A stretch of 62,017 nt of DNA, filler included, from Sphacelaria rigidula (GCA_964200075.2; 6 parts of 6 records of this genome joined end to end with filler, not necessarily neighbours in it), one strand, 5' to 3'. Positions 1 through 12,876 are shown, counted from the first letter of the whole stretch. Program-made: numbers and translations. The notes: generated from the letters alone by a model not told the origin.

Positions 1-117
1 GTGGAAAGCGTGAGAACGTGAGTAAACAAAATAGCCGACTGGGTTCGTGTGACGTGAGATGACGCGGTGCGGAAGTGCTGACCCAATCCGCGAGACCAAA
101 AGGAAAGGCACGTACCT

Positions 118-210
118 GGGGAGAGATGGGTTGATCCCTGCAGACCACGGACTCATCCCGAGGAAGGGGAGGTGTTCAAAGTGTGAGAAAAAAAAAAACG
201 CAAAAGGACT
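118..210 (+). repeat. Short dispersed repeat family A, copy 1
   Basis: GGGGAGAGATGGGTTGATCCCT...GGACTCATCCCGAGGAAGGG...TTCAAAG plus an A-run; recurs at ~5452-5545 (+) and ~30890-30962 (-, another contig). Confidence 0.75.
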
Positions 211-483
211 GTACTGTCACCTAACCTTGCACCCATCGCTCAACGATGTGGGGTCCGACGCACGTGCGCTGCTAGAACGCAGTAGGACGTACTGCCATGT
301 ACGCTGGTGACTGGTGGAAAAAGGGTAGTGCGCTGCTGTCGAACGTTTTGTCATGTTACTGCCGGGTGGTTGCTTCCGCCTTGGGTTTGAAAGTGGTTTT
401 TATATTGTGTGCTGAGCGCCGGACGTTCCCTCGAAAGGAGGTCGCTTTCTTTCCAGGTGATTTGAAGCACACTGTCCAGCCCC

Positions 484-552
484 CAGGGACAGTGTTTACA
501 TTGCACAGCCCTCAGGGACAGTGTTTACATTGCACAGCCCTCAGGGACAGTG
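484..552 (+). repeat. 29-bp tandem repeat, ~2.4 copies
   Basis: CAGGGACAGTGTTTACATTGCACAGCCCT units start at 484, 513 and 542. Confidence 0.9.
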
Positions 553-1403
553 ATGCACAACAATTCAGTGTTTTTTGTCAGCAGAACAAAGCGCTGTACA
601 GCTAACCTGGACACCCATCGGCCAATAACGGGGGGTTCGACGTGCGTGCGCTTCTAGAACGTGGTGCGATATGTGCCCTCCGCCCTAATATATTTACCCA
701 ACTGCGCTGTGTACCAGTACGATGGAATGTTGAGCTCTATACTCTCTTGTGGATATGTTCCTCTGTGCTGTATGTAATACCAACCATCTCCGAACCAAAA
801 TATGCGCCCATGCAAATAAGACAGTCCACGACTCCATCTTCAGTAAATTGTGTTACACAAACACGGCTAGCCCTCATCCACCACCTCATGGATTGCCGAA
901 AGAAAGAGCACTGTGTAGAGACTAGCAAGACCTTCACCCACCCTGCCCGAGGGTTCTCAGTTTGCCTTTGTTCGGGTGAGGGTGAGGGTTAGGGTTCGAC
1001 AGTACAGGAAAGTACACAACTAGCTGCATAGCCTTGGCGAGGGATACTCACGGCTCTCTCATGTGTGTCAGTGTGTGTGTACATACTTTCAAATCAAGAC
1101 AACTACGGACAAACATCTCTGTATTGGAAACGTTCATACTGTATGCACTCTCAAATGAAGACGATTGAGGGGAAACCTCTCTTTATCAGGAACAATCGTG
1201 TGGCGTAGTGGTCGCATGTTGGCAGCACACAAGCGTGTGCCACAGGTTCAGCGGCACTGCACCGTCCCAACATGAGCGATTTCCTTTGCTTGTGTATTTA
1301 CAACATATTGTACGCAATAGCCGACACTGTCTATACGCCGTGCACTTCTTGACATTGTCATACATTGTCCAGGGTGTGGATTTTCCTCACACCGTATGCA
1401 AGC

Positions 1404-1776
1404 CGGTTGCCCCCGTGGCTCAGTTGGTAACCTCGGAACCTTCTCACGGTTGGGTCGTGGGTTCCAATCACGGTGCAGTCACACGGTCTGGGATTTTTCC
1501 TCACACAATGCCCAACAGTGGAGAGTGACTATGTCGTGGGTACACAAAAATTAAAAAAAATCGACTTCAGGGTCGATGAGGAAAAGGGACTGCTGAACCC
1601 CTCTAGCAATAAAAAATAAGGCAAGCACCGCAGAAGGAAGGTGGAGTACTAGGAGGAAAGAAGAAAAGCTCTTGTGTTGGTCTTCCTCCTGTGTGACCCC
1701 AGCTGATGCGCCCACATACACCAAAAGGTGCAGACTGGCGTCCAGAATAGATGGAATGACAACACACACACACACA
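1404..1776 (+). mobile_element. tRNA-derived SINE, full length
   Basis: Pol III A box TGGCTCAGTTGG (1416-1427), B-box-like GGTTCCAATC (1460-1469), body shared with the copy at 1963, and a 3' end CTGGCGTCCAGAATAGATGG..GACAA(CA)n shared with other copies. Confidence 0.8.
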
Positions 1777-1962
1777 GGGAAAGGGGCCTCTGAAGAACCC
1801 TTCTCACGAATAAAAGGGAAAGGCAAGCACCGCAGAAGGAACGCGGACTCCACAAAACATAATTAAAACTCTGGCCTTGCTGTGTGAAAGTCTCCTGTCT
1901 CGCCAGTACGTTTCTCTCTGTCTTCATATTAATGAAAATAAGAGCAATACCCAGTAGTAGTG

Positions 1963-2180
1963 GTCGGTCACCCCGGTGGATAAATTCGTCACCTCGAATC
2001 CTTCTGACGGATGGGTCATCGGTTCGAACCTCGATGAAGTCACACGAAGCTGGAATTTGTCTCACACCATGCCCAACAGTGGAGAGCGGCTGTGTCGTGG
2101 GTATCCAAAGTTCGACTGCATGGTCGACGAGGGAATGGGACTGCTGAATCCCTCTCGCGATAAAAAATAAGGCAATCACC
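1963..2180 (+). mobile_element. tRNA-derived SINE, 5' part of a second copy
   Basis: Consensus B box GGTTCGAACC (2021-2030); ATGCCCAACAGTGGAGAG...GGGACTGCTGAA..ATAAAAAATAAGGCAA matches the first copy. Confidence 0.75.
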
Positions 2181-2949
2181 AGGGGGCAGCACAGAATTTG
2201 TTTTTCGGACACGTAGCCCCCCGCCCCCCGGAGAACATTTTTTTCGAAAATTGTAATGATTCTGTTTTTGTGTCAACTTTGTCGCAAGAAATTGATTAAT
2301 TAACACTGGCAAAAACCGAAAAGTCTGGTGGGCTCTGCGGAGTTCGTATACTTGCTTCTGCTCCTTACTGTTTAGTGATATAAATAAGGGAACATATATA
2401 CTGTGCATGATATATATGATATAGCGATATAGTATATAATACATAATACATGACATACAATATATTAGATATGATGTATATTTACTAATAATGACTATTT
2501 ATTACTTCGTATGTATCATATAAGGATCTCTACTGTCGACGGCAGCTGACTGTATCCGCCAACGCTTCGGCAATAAAGCAGGGGAAACACGGCTGGGTGC
2601 CCCCCCCCCCCCCCCCCTCAAAAACTCAGATTTTCGATCTTGGGGCCTACGATGTACGTGTCCCGGGCTTTGTTTTTCGCTGCCCCCTGCAAGCACCACA
2701 GAAGGAAGGTGGTGTACTGAAACAAAAGAAATAATAATTGAGAGTTTCGGAAAACGCTTTTTTGTCACTTCAGAGTGCAAATATCTCAGAATATGAGTGT
2801 AATAACGAAAAATTATTCCGCCCTCCGTCAAATGTGGTTCCCCTTAAACTTTTTTCGATGAGGTATTTTTTTTAATTCTGCATTCTGATCCAGAGATATT
2901 TGCACTCTAAAATGACAAAAAAGCGTTTTCCGAAATTCTATGGTATTTA

Positions 2950-3220
2950 GTCTCCCGTGTTCGCCTTCGCCTTGCGTGACCCCGGCTGATACCCCCACAT
3001 CCATATACATACACCGAAATGAGGTGTAGACTGCTGGCGTCCAGAATAGATGGGGTGACAACACACAAATACACGCACACACCCACCGCACTGCTCACCG
3101 ACTGACTGAAACCGTACGCACCGATGCCCATCGCAAAAGGAAGGTGGAATACTAGGAACAAAATGAAAAACTTCGGGGTTGGCATTCCTTCTGTGTGGCC
3201 CGGGCTGGCGGGCCCACACA
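2950..3220 (+). mobile_element. SINE 3' fragments
   Basis: GTGACCCCGGCTGAT...CTGGCGTCCAGAATAGATGGGGTGACAACACACA and GCAAAAGGAAGGTGGAATACTAGGA match 1620-1776. Confidence 0.7.
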
Positions 3221-3255
3221 TTCTCCTAATCTAAGATAAAATAGCGTCCACTAAC

Positions 3256-4004
3256 AGTGGATTCTCGCAAATGGGGTTGAAAAAATAAAAAGAGGTTCAA
3301 CTCAAATGCCGTGCTTTCCCTAACCTAAATTCATGACTAATGACTTTCATATGAACGACTTCATCCCTCCCGACATTCCTAAAACTATTTTGGGGGATTT
3401 CTAGCCTTCCGTTCCCCAAAGGGTATGCGCGAAAGCACACTTCTGCCAAAATTAAATGAGGTTCAACTCAAATGCCGTGATTCCCCTAACCTAAATTCAT
3501 GACAACTGACTTTCATATGGACGACTTCATCCCTCCCGACATTCCCAAAACTATTTTGGGGGGTTTCTAGCCTCCCGTTCCCCCAAAGAGTATGCGCGAA
3601 GGCACACTTGTGCCAAAAATAAATCAGGTTCAACTTAAAAGCCGCGCTTTCCCTGACCTAATTTCATGACAAATGACTTTCATACGGACGACTTCATCCC
3701 TCCCGACCTCCCTAAAACTATTTTGGGGGGTTTTTAGCCTTCCGTTCCCCCAAATAGTATGCGCAAATGCACACTTTTGCCTCGGTTTCGGGGTGAAAAA
3801 AGGACCCTTCTTGGCCCAAATATTATGCTTTCGCATATACCCTGTTGGGGGACGGAAGGCTAGAAATGCCCCGAAATAGATTTAGGGAGGTCGGGACGGA
3901 TGAGGTCGTCCATGTGAAAGTCATCCATCAACATGGGTCTGGGGAAGCACGGCTTTTGAGCTGAACCTCATCTTGTTTTTCAACCCCATTTTCGAGAATC
4001 CACT
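3256..4004. mobile_element. Foldback/MITE with long TIRs; left arm triplicated (166-167 bp period)
   Basis: Starts AGTGGATTCTCGCAAATGGGGTTGAAAAA and ends TTTTTCAACCCCATTTTCGAGAATCCACT; (G/C)AGGTTCAAC units start at 3292, 3458 and 3625; ~3848-4004 is the reverse complement of the unit. Confidence 0.8.
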
Positions 4005-4324
4005 ATTCACTGTCAGTGTGTACGGGGGATGGTGGATAAAACTGAGCCATGTTTCTGTTGACAGATTCAACTCCTAGAAGCAGCTCTGCGGAAAATTCCA
4101 TGTCTGCAGATAGACGTCAGCATAGATATACAACACAATGGCTCCCCACCATCCCCGCTTATCTGCACCACGCATACAGCGCGCACTTCTGTACCCACAG
4201 CGAAATAGGAAATAAATCGGATCTGCATATATTCACAGAAAGATTCACATAAATAACTGTGGTCCACGGCGATGTGTACGATACGAGTAAATACGACCGA
4301 CCTAACCCTCCCTCCCCCCCCCCT

Positions 4325-4612
4325 GGATCTCCCTGAAACTATTATGGGGGGTTTCGAGGCTTCCGTTCCCACACAGGGTATGACTTTGTGCAAACAAACC
4401 ATTATCGCGCTCAAAGGCGTCCCCCTTTTCACCCCAAAATCGAGGCAAAAGTGTGTTTTCGCACATCTCTGAGGGAACGGAAGGCTAGAAACGCCCCAAA
4501 ATAGTTTCAGGGAGATCGAAGTGGATGATGTTGTCCATAAATGAAAGTAATATGTCACTACTTTAGGTCAGCAAAGCACTGGGTGAAGTTGAACTCGATT
4601 TTAATGTTCAAC
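4325..4612 (-). mobile_element. Partial second copy of the 3256-4004 foldback family
   Basis: GGAACGGAAGGCTAGAAAC.CCCCAAAATAGTTT and TTTTCACCCCAAAATCGAGGCAAAAGTGTG are reverse complements of 3715-3800. Confidence 0.7.
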
Positions 4613-5451
4613 CTGGTTCAACCCCCTTTTGCCCCCCTCCGTCCAGCATCCCTAACGGTCACGCTGACTCCCTTCCTTCGTAGTGGTTACGTAAGTGCAA
4701 AGTCAGTATGTGTGCTGTGTGTCTTTGCTGGATATAACGGGAAGATACATTTAGCGTGTCATCACTCTCACTGAACACAGTCTACTGCATGCTGCTGTGC
4801 CTCTGCTTATTAGAGGAAAACTCCGGATGCCCGTGGACTGTTAGCCTGTGAAACTGTTGCGAGGCGATGCTCGATGTCTAAGGGTTATCGTGACGCCCCT
4901 TGGTATTCAGACGCTACACATACACCTACATAACGCTGACACATCCCGGAATTGAACGTTTTTGTCCAAGTCTTTTTCAAGCTTTTTTTTATCTCAAAAC
5001 CTGCAGTACCGACTGAAAAAAAATCGGGGAGGGGGGCGGTTGCTGGAGGTACCTCAAACTCGGGGTTCCCGGTATATTTGACTGTAAATCACTGCGAACC
5101 ATACCGCGAACCTCGAGTTTGAAATGCCCCCTTGCTGATTACATGCATGGAAGTCATGCGTCATTAGTTTGGTCGGGAAAGCATTGCTCTAAAGTTGAAT
5201 ATCATTTTAATGTTCAACTCCATTTCTCAGGATCCTCCGTCAAGAGTGGTCTCTGGGCGGTGACGTGTGCTTGAACAGCCCAGACACTTTTCGGTGGAAA
5301 ACATCCCCCCGTTTAGCATCCCTAGTGGTCACGCTTACTTCCTTCTTTCGTAGTGGTTACGTACTTATCTTCCTAGATCTCCCCTTCGACTTTTTCTACC
5401 CAGTGCCATCCGTCTGTGCTCATTTTCCATTTTTTTTTATTCAATTATCTT

Positions 5452-5545
5452 GGGGGAGAGATGGGTTGATCCCTTGAAACCATGGACTCATCTCGAGGAA
5501 GGGCAGGGGTTCAAAGCGCGACAAAAAAAAACATAAAGGGCGGCG
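5452..5545 (+). repeat. Dispersed repeat family A, copy 2
   Basis: Matches 118-210. Confidence 0.75.
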
Positions 5546-6042
5546 AAGTGTAACCTTTCTCAGGGCACGTTCCGCGGTCAGCAAAAGAAATCGGGAAAGT
5601 ACTTTTTTTTTTGCGGAGTTTCAAGGGTAAGCCTGAAAACCATTCGAAAAAAAGGTGGAATCCCGGGATGTGTCAGCTGCATGAAGGTGTTTGTGGCGTC
5701 TAAATAGGGAGGGCGTGACTTTTACACAAGATTTCTCCGTGTCAAGGATGTAGTTTAAATCAAGCATATCCAAAGAAAGGAAGAAACATGATCTATGGCC
5801 GAAAACAAATCCTCGGACAGCCCGCACACTTTTCGGAGTTTAGCACCCCTCCGACTAGCACCTTATCTTGGGGTTGAAAGCCCTTATCTGCTCATACTCA
5901 TACTAATAAATTACGGTTGAGGTCAGGGTCGCTTTCTGCTCTCGGCCATTTCAGTTCAAAGCCTCCACGTGTGTGAGAGCCGTCGTGTTGATACCTGCGG
6001 CACTGCTGCCACGCGCGTCAGCCGTGGCTTACCACTAGTTAT

Positions 6043-6152
6043 CATTCTTCTTCTTCTTCTTCTTCTTCTTCTTATTATTATTATTTTTGTTATTGTTATT
6101 CTTATTCTTATTTTTATTCTTATTCTTATTCTTACTCTTATTAATATTAATA
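6043..6152. repeat. Compound microsatellite (TTC)n/(TTA)n/(TTCTTA)n
   Basis: Directly visible. Confidence 0.95.
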
Positions 6153-8229
6153 TTATCTCTGCACGTAAGTCCGATCTCGCGAATCCGTGTTCACAGACGT
6201 AGGCTCGCCTTTCCAATGCCGTCCCTGCTATTCCTTACCAGACATATAACCAAAAATAAAAATAAAAATAAGAAGAGATACGCCACGAAAACCGGTGAGA
6301 AGTAGCTGCCCCGAGTTCAACGGGGAGAGAAAAGAAAGAAAGGAAAACAAACAAACAAACAAACGAACAACAAACGCCACATCTGTCAAAAATGTTCACC
6401 GAAAAAAAGAAAGAGAGAAGATGATAAAGGACAAAACAGGTGACATGAGGAGATTAGCATGGCCACCATGTTAGGGTTCAACTACTGTAAAAAAAACCTA
6501 CATCGATTTCAAAACTGCCATCCGGCAATGCGGAGAAGCGTTTCAGATCCCTGTGCAAGTTGGGCAGTCAATTTTTTTATGTGCCCAAGGTGGGCAGCCC
6601 CACCCCCACCCCCACACAACGCACAACGCTAACCTGCAGACCCCAAAGCACAACACAACCCCATCATGGCCACCAGCTGGATTGTTTCAATCAGCTGACA
6701 GGATGAGACACCCAATCCATGGATCGATCATGAGTACCGCGTGGTGATTTTCATGGTTGTTGACATGGGTGCAGCGACGTAAGCACTCTGAAAATAGAGC
6801 AGTAGTGAGTGCAAATTTGAAATTTAAAGGTTCAATTTTCACTTCGAGGGGGTAGCGCCGTAATATGTGGCACTAAGGCTTTTTCTCACGTCTTATTCCA
6901 CTATGTCGTTCTTTTTTCTGCTCCTTCGTTTTCTTGAACGAGTGTTTCAGTTTTGCTTTCCTTGGGTACGTCTATCTTGCGACCACGGCTGGACCCATGG
7001 GTTGTCAGTTAAAGTGCGACAATCTATCAATTAAATCAATCAAGGTTTTGCTGTAGTACTTATGGGCAGGTACAGCAGCACGTAAGAGCAGGGTTTGCCT
7101 CTCCATGCTGTTGAACTCTTTCGTTTAGAGTACCTGGCGATGGCGCAGTATTTACGCTATATAGATTTATGTATATATATATATGTAAGGTTATCTATTT
7201 GATATTTCGCACCTTGTTGTCTATTTCGTACGTCTCCTGCGGCCCCTCAATTTTCCTTGTTGCTTTTACCCCTTCTCGTTCTTTTTCTCTCTGCTTCTTT
7301 GCACGTGGAATATTATCGTGTATGGTACTCATCTTCGAAATGAATGATGAAACAATGTATAGCACCGTAATGACGATACAACCTTTCCACCCATTTACCA
7401 AGAACATCGGACTACATAATAATCTCATTCGAATTGATCGAAACACGAAAATTAGGGGGAATCTGGGTATGAATTTGGGTATACTTCCTCTGTGCCATAA
7501 GTAAAGTCCGTTATGAGCGTTTAATCGTTTGGGTATTTCAACGTTGACGATTATCCTATGGTCGGATTCGTTAGAGAGGTAAAGCGCAGACGAAGCTGGT
7601 GAAGAAAAAGTAAAAATGTTTCTATCACTAAAATTATGTCGAAAATACCCCGTTTTGACCCTTTTTGACCCATGTATACCCCATCATTCGCCGATTTTGG
7701 ACGTTTTCACATCGAGTACAAGCAATTACATGCTAACAAAATTTTGGATGGAGCGTGCGTAGGTTAAAATCACGGACATGTCCAAAATCAATGGTGTTTT
7801 TGCGATTTTCGCATGTTGTGGCCCATTTTTCGCGATTTTCGTGTTCCCGGGTCTCTCATGCTTTCCTGGGAAAACGAGCGAAAAATGAACGTTTTTGGAC
7901 CGACCTTCTTGTTCTCGGCCGCGCGGCTGCATGGGTCCAGCACCCATGTTATGAAAACAATGTTGGTTTCACCTCAAAAAACGCATACGAATGCAATGAA
8001 AAGATCGAAAATCAAGTATCACATCGTCAAGGGCCCGTGTAATCATCACGGACTTTACTTCTGGCAGAGAGGAAGTATATTACTTGTGAAAAAAAGACGT
8101 ACCTGCTCCGATAACTTCTGGCCTTTGCGTAAGTTGGGATCAACTGCTGCACCGTGAGGAGCGCATCGCGCCCGTTATTCGCCAGGTATACCCCCGGTAT
8201 TTACCGGGTTATCCCATACCCATGGTATA

Positions 8230-8600
8230 CGTGAGTATCGTAAGTGTGAGTTTTGAAAACACCCGATTAAGCGGGTATGCTAAGTATTTAATACCGTGGT
8301 ATCGCGGGTATCGTAGGTTGAGTTTTGAAAGTACCTGATTGAGCGGGTACGGTAGGTATCGAAATCTCGAAATACCGTGGTATCGTAGGTATCGTAGGTA
8401 TGGCATTTGAAAATACCCGATTGAGCTGGGTACGATGGGTACTGAAATCTCTAAACACGTGGTATCATGGGTATCGTAGGTATGAGTTGTGACAATACCC
8501 GATCGAGTGGGTACGGTAGGTATTGACGTCTCGAAAGACCGTGGTATCGTGGGTATCGTAGGTATGACATTTGAAAATACCCGATTGGACCAGTATCGGG
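8230..8600. repeat. Degenerate ~82-bp tandem repeat, ~4.5 units, rich in GGTATCGTAGGTAT
   Basis: AATACCCGATTGAGCGGGTAC-like anchors near 8256, 8328, 8410, 8493 and 8575. Confidence 0.8.
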
Positions 8601-10255
8601 AGGGTATCAGTGTCCCAAATACCGGTACCGGGTACCTACCTTACCTGGGGTGCCTTTGTTGTACTGTACTCGTATTGACGTCGCACCCGATTCAACCTAA
8701 GCTTGGGAGAGCAGGTACTCGGGTATTACACAGGGGTACTCAAGGGTACATACCCTACCCGACCGCGACCTACCGTTGCCAACTTTTGAACTAACCTGTA
8801 CGAGGATAGCCAGGGTGCGCTCAAGCACAGGCACCCTCTTTTTTGAACGTGAAGAGCTCCTTGCAGCACCACCTGCATTGCCACTCTTCCCATCACCAGT
8901 AGCTGTGCAAGAAAGCAGCACAGCAGCGAGTGGAAACGGCGAAGAACAAGCAGCCCCGGATCGAAAAAATGTTGGCAGTCACATGTCGAAGGTCTAGAGT
9001 AGATGGGTAGATATGAAGACGCTGAACGCGCTTGTAGCACCGAAATGGCGTCTGTGCATGCGCTTTACTGATGCAACACGCCGCAAAACGCAAATAGTAC
9101 ACGATGCAGTAGCTGATGCTCACCTTCGGCCATCTGATCTACTGGATTGCCGCTCCCACCTCGTTGCCGCAGCTATTTTTCCTTGCACACATCAACCTCA
9201 ATCGCTGGGGGTAGAGCCCGCGGTCGCGAAATCTGCCCCTTTCAAAGCCGCTGTTTGTTACTGCTCCCCCGTTACCGCCTACTCTGTAGGCAGGCATTAT
9301 TGTGACGAGCTCACCTCTAAAACAGTAACGTATTTCAACACGCACAAGATGGTACATGATCCATGAAACATATATATTTTGTCTTTGAGCGTGCCCTAAA
9401 TTGATTTGATGGAAGCGACGCATGGCAAGATCACGTAGCAGTCAAGCATTATATCCCCACTGTCCAGTCATAAACCTACACACGGGAACTGACGGATATG
9501 TCGCTGGATCGTTCTTTAAGTTCTATCCGTTCTTGTTTCTCGGCCTACCACGATAACGATGGGTTCTTCTCATGGGTCGGATGCTGCTATCGCTGATGGA
9601 CTACTACCATACGCCCAACAGCGCAATAGCACGCGTAACCGCATGTCGGCGAGAAAATGTCGTACGAGCAAGGTGGTGTGGCGATGGAGGCTGCCCGAAT
9701 TTTTCGTTTGGGGCGTCGTCCTGTCCACAGTGATGTATTTGCTCGAACATACGCAGGAGTATGAGCAGGAAGTCCCCGCGGTGAGTCTCAAGTTTCATGT
9801 AGGTGGCGATATGACGGCGGCATTGAGACAGTTCTGTATGTGAGCCACCACTGCAGTCTGGTGTTGATAGCTGCCCCCCGTCTGCAGCGAATCCTTCCTA
9901 CCGGTGCTTCCACTGACTACACTGACTGTCTGTATTCAATATTCTACTTGCACGACTGACTCTTGTACTGTAATACTACTGGTTTCTGAAACACTATTAG
10001 GCGAGGTCTTGTCGGAAGTGATTGCTGTAAGAGCTGGACCAGCCTATACACGGATTTAAGCTCTCAAAGCAATATCTCGTCGACACGGACGAGTTGGGCC
10101 ATGATCCGCATATTGTATCAACTCTTGTGGGACTGAAACTCACTAACACCACGTTCACGACATGTTAGTAAAATAATAATAAACATGTCTGGGAGCGACC
10201 TGTCCAATCAGGGCGAGGCGAAATGTATCGACGACATCAGAACGACCAGTCGGGG

Positions 10256-10355
10256 NNNNNNNNNNNNNNNNNNNNNNNNNNNNNNNNNNNNNNNNNNNNT
10301 TAATTAATTAANNNNNNNNNNNNNNNNNNNNNNNNNNNNNNNNNNNNNNNNNNNN
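10256..10355. other. Artificial contig linker 1 (N44-TTAATTAATTAA-N44)
   Basis: 100-bp block whose 12-mer puts stop codons in all six frames; the identical block occurs five times. Confidence 0.97.
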
Positions 10356-11199
10356 AGATATGTAAGAGGTTCTTGTGTAATGTATGGAAGAAACGTAATG
10401 AGCGCCAGAATGTTGGAGGTGTCGCTACCGCCAGAATGTTGTACTGAACTCAGGGGGATATGAGAACTTGAGATCGGAAAGTGCAACAGGGTTGGCAGGT
10501 AAGAATCTGCAAGAATGCGGTGCACCTCAGAATAATAAGAAACTCCCTCCACAACCCCGACGGTCAGAGTAGGCCCCATAGCAAGCTGTCTTCTCTCTTA
10601 TGACAGATGGACACTTTGCTCTCGCCGCGGAGTACGTGAGGCGGTACATTCGAAACCGTGCACATTTTCGAAGGTGTCAAACCTTCGCAAGGTCTTTACC
10701 TTGTAAAGGTCGTACCTCATCTTGAGCATCAAAAATCCTCTTGAGGATTTTCAACGTCATCACGTCTCTGGGAGTCAGGTTCCCCCTCTACAGGGATTTT
10801 GTCAATAACGAAATCCTCTTGATTGTTTTTGAAGGCACCCGTGCTATGGAAATCCGGATGTGAACAGCCTCTGCTGCTCGAAGTAAATCCTTCATTGTGG
10901 AAGTCGTGAGACTCCCGGTGACGGTAGGAACCGTCGAAGGTGGCCGATGATTTTCCTCGTGTTATGTAGTCAAGGATTGACTGTAAGTCGTGAGGTGCAG
11001 GCAAGTAAATCACTCGGGAAAGCTCGACCAGCGCGAGCGAGTCAGCCTGAAGAATAAGCCGAAGTGATCCCCAGGGATAGCCAGCAATTCGTTGGGAAGA
11101 TCCCTGTTACCTTAGGGTTCCTTGCTGCTGAGAACTCGACTGCCACCTTCCACCGCCGAAGGACCCGCTGCCCCCACCACCCCGATCACCTCGTCATTT

Positions 11200-12314
11200 G
11201 CCCTTGTGCTGACGATGCTGATGGCGCGCGGCATGAGACTGCCAAGATTCCTCACCGGAACACCTTGGGTAATCGCGTGCCTAATGGCCGGCCTGGCCAC
11301 AGCGGTGGCAAGTGATGGTCGCGGCGCGGCCGACCGATTTCGAGCCGTGGTGGCGCAAAGACTTCGGCGAGGAGGTGGACGACTGACTGAACACCTCTAT
11401 CCTATCTTCCGCCACTGCACTTTCTACGATAGCCCCCCCCCGAAAGGTGCCTGGTATGGGGAGGCAAAATCGTTACTTGAGTTGAAATGAAAGAAGCCGG
11501 GCACAACGAGCAGCTGGGAATTCCCACGCTTGGGTTCGCTCTCGCCAATGTCGCCCATATGGGGCGCTTCATGCAGCCTGAACCCAAACATCAGGCGCTG
11601 TATGACCATTGTTTTCGTGGCACTTTTTGGCTGATATCGGGGGGGGGGGAGAGGGGGGTATCGTAGCACGTGTCCACTCCTTGGCCTCAGCCACAGTGGT
11701 GTCCATGACAAGGTAGGGATTGACCTTCCAGTTAATCTCGTGCTGCAACTTGACGAGCACGGCTTGGTTGAATTTTGCCGTCGCCAACCCCTCCACTAAA
11801 GCGTCGGTGATTACTGCAGCAGGGTCGGGAATTAACTCCCCATCGGGGAAACGATATACTAGTTGAACGTTCGGAGTCTCCGCGAAGTACTTTTCCAGAT
11901 TTAATCAGATTGGCTTCATCTACTCTAGTATCGTCTTTCCCGGAGAATCCATGGTGACAGCTTTCGCGACGGCCGCGGTCGCTTGGGTCAGCTCCGTCTC
12001 GGTGCCCGCCGCATGCCCAGCATGCCTTTTGATCGCCGCAGCCATTTACGCGGAGTGATCGTGCTCTCATCATGTTCCACGCGAGAAAAAACTCCCTGCA
12101 CATACGTTGACACTTGTTGCGTCATCGACACCACCTGATGTCGCACAGCACTCCCTGCTTTAGAGTGCTCCACACGCTTCTTGTACTCCAAGTACTTCGT
12201 GTAGAAAGTGCGAGATGCACTCTCGGAGCACCTACCCCCGTATTGGGGAGGTCGCATCTCTTCCGACATAACGGCGGGCGTCACGCTGAACGCAGCACGC
12301 GAGCCGGTTGCCAT
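11200..12314 (-). pseudogene. Degenerate Ty3/gypsy gag remnant
   Basis: ORF 11988-12314 (ESASRTFYTKYLEYKKRVEHS..VRHQVVSMTQQVSTYVQGVF) aligns by eye to the gag N-terminus at 42544-42840 (EEASRVFHAAYLVYIERLYRA..VRHARVSIGQLIPTYVHRCF); broken by frameshifts; 3' boundary approximate. Confidence 0.65.
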
Positions 12315-12608
12315 GCAGCAGTTGGCTACACGAGAACCTTTTGCAAGTCAGCGGAACGTCGCGAATCGCACACTTCACCGTTCCTGCGTCACCGCATTAC
12401 ACAGTCGTGGGAGCCTCTAAACTCACTCTGTACGCAGCTTCGCAGTAAGCCTCCAGTTTGGGTCGATCACAGGCCGGCCGCCTTGTGCAGCTACCTCAGC
12501 TTGAACCCCCTCAACGCGTCCGTGATGAATCAGGTTGTCCCTAGCTTCCAGACTTCCACCGAAATTCCTCCAGCAGGTTCCGTTAGGTACTAGCACTAAC
12601 ATCGATAT

Positions 12609-12876
12609 TGTGACGCCAGCCAGAAGAAGAACTGCTCGATCTCTGCTGTTTGAGGGATTCCCCAGTCGCACTGGCCTCAGTTTCAGTCACAGCCTTTACA
12701 GTATTTCATTTTCCGAAGTGCCCTTGCAGACACAGCCTCGTAGACCCGTCAGCGTATCATCTCCTTGTTCCCGGTCATCATCCAGATACCTCCCAGAATC
12801 CTCCAAGATCCCTGTGTCTCCGGTCATTATCCAGATAACCACTACCAACTCAACGTAACGGCGTCATTTCGCCACA
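12609..12876 (-). mobile_element. Probable 5' LTR (~268 bp) of the gag remnant
   Basis: Minus strand begins TGTGGCG and ends CGTCACA (TG...CA with a short terminal inverted repeat), ~300 bp upstream of gag; size similar to the LTRs at 42031 and 47298; no second LTR in the contig to confirm it. Confidence 0.55.

Noticed and set aside
975..996. Telomere (GGGTGAGGGTGAGGGTTAGGGTT)
   Set aside because: Only 3-4 degenerate units at an internal position.
1404..1480. tRNA gene
   Set aside because: A and B boxes are present but I could not fold a complete cloverleaf, and the sequence continues into a repeated SINE body.
5956..6305. Poly-R/I/L ORFs
   Set aside because: Translations of a microsatellite.
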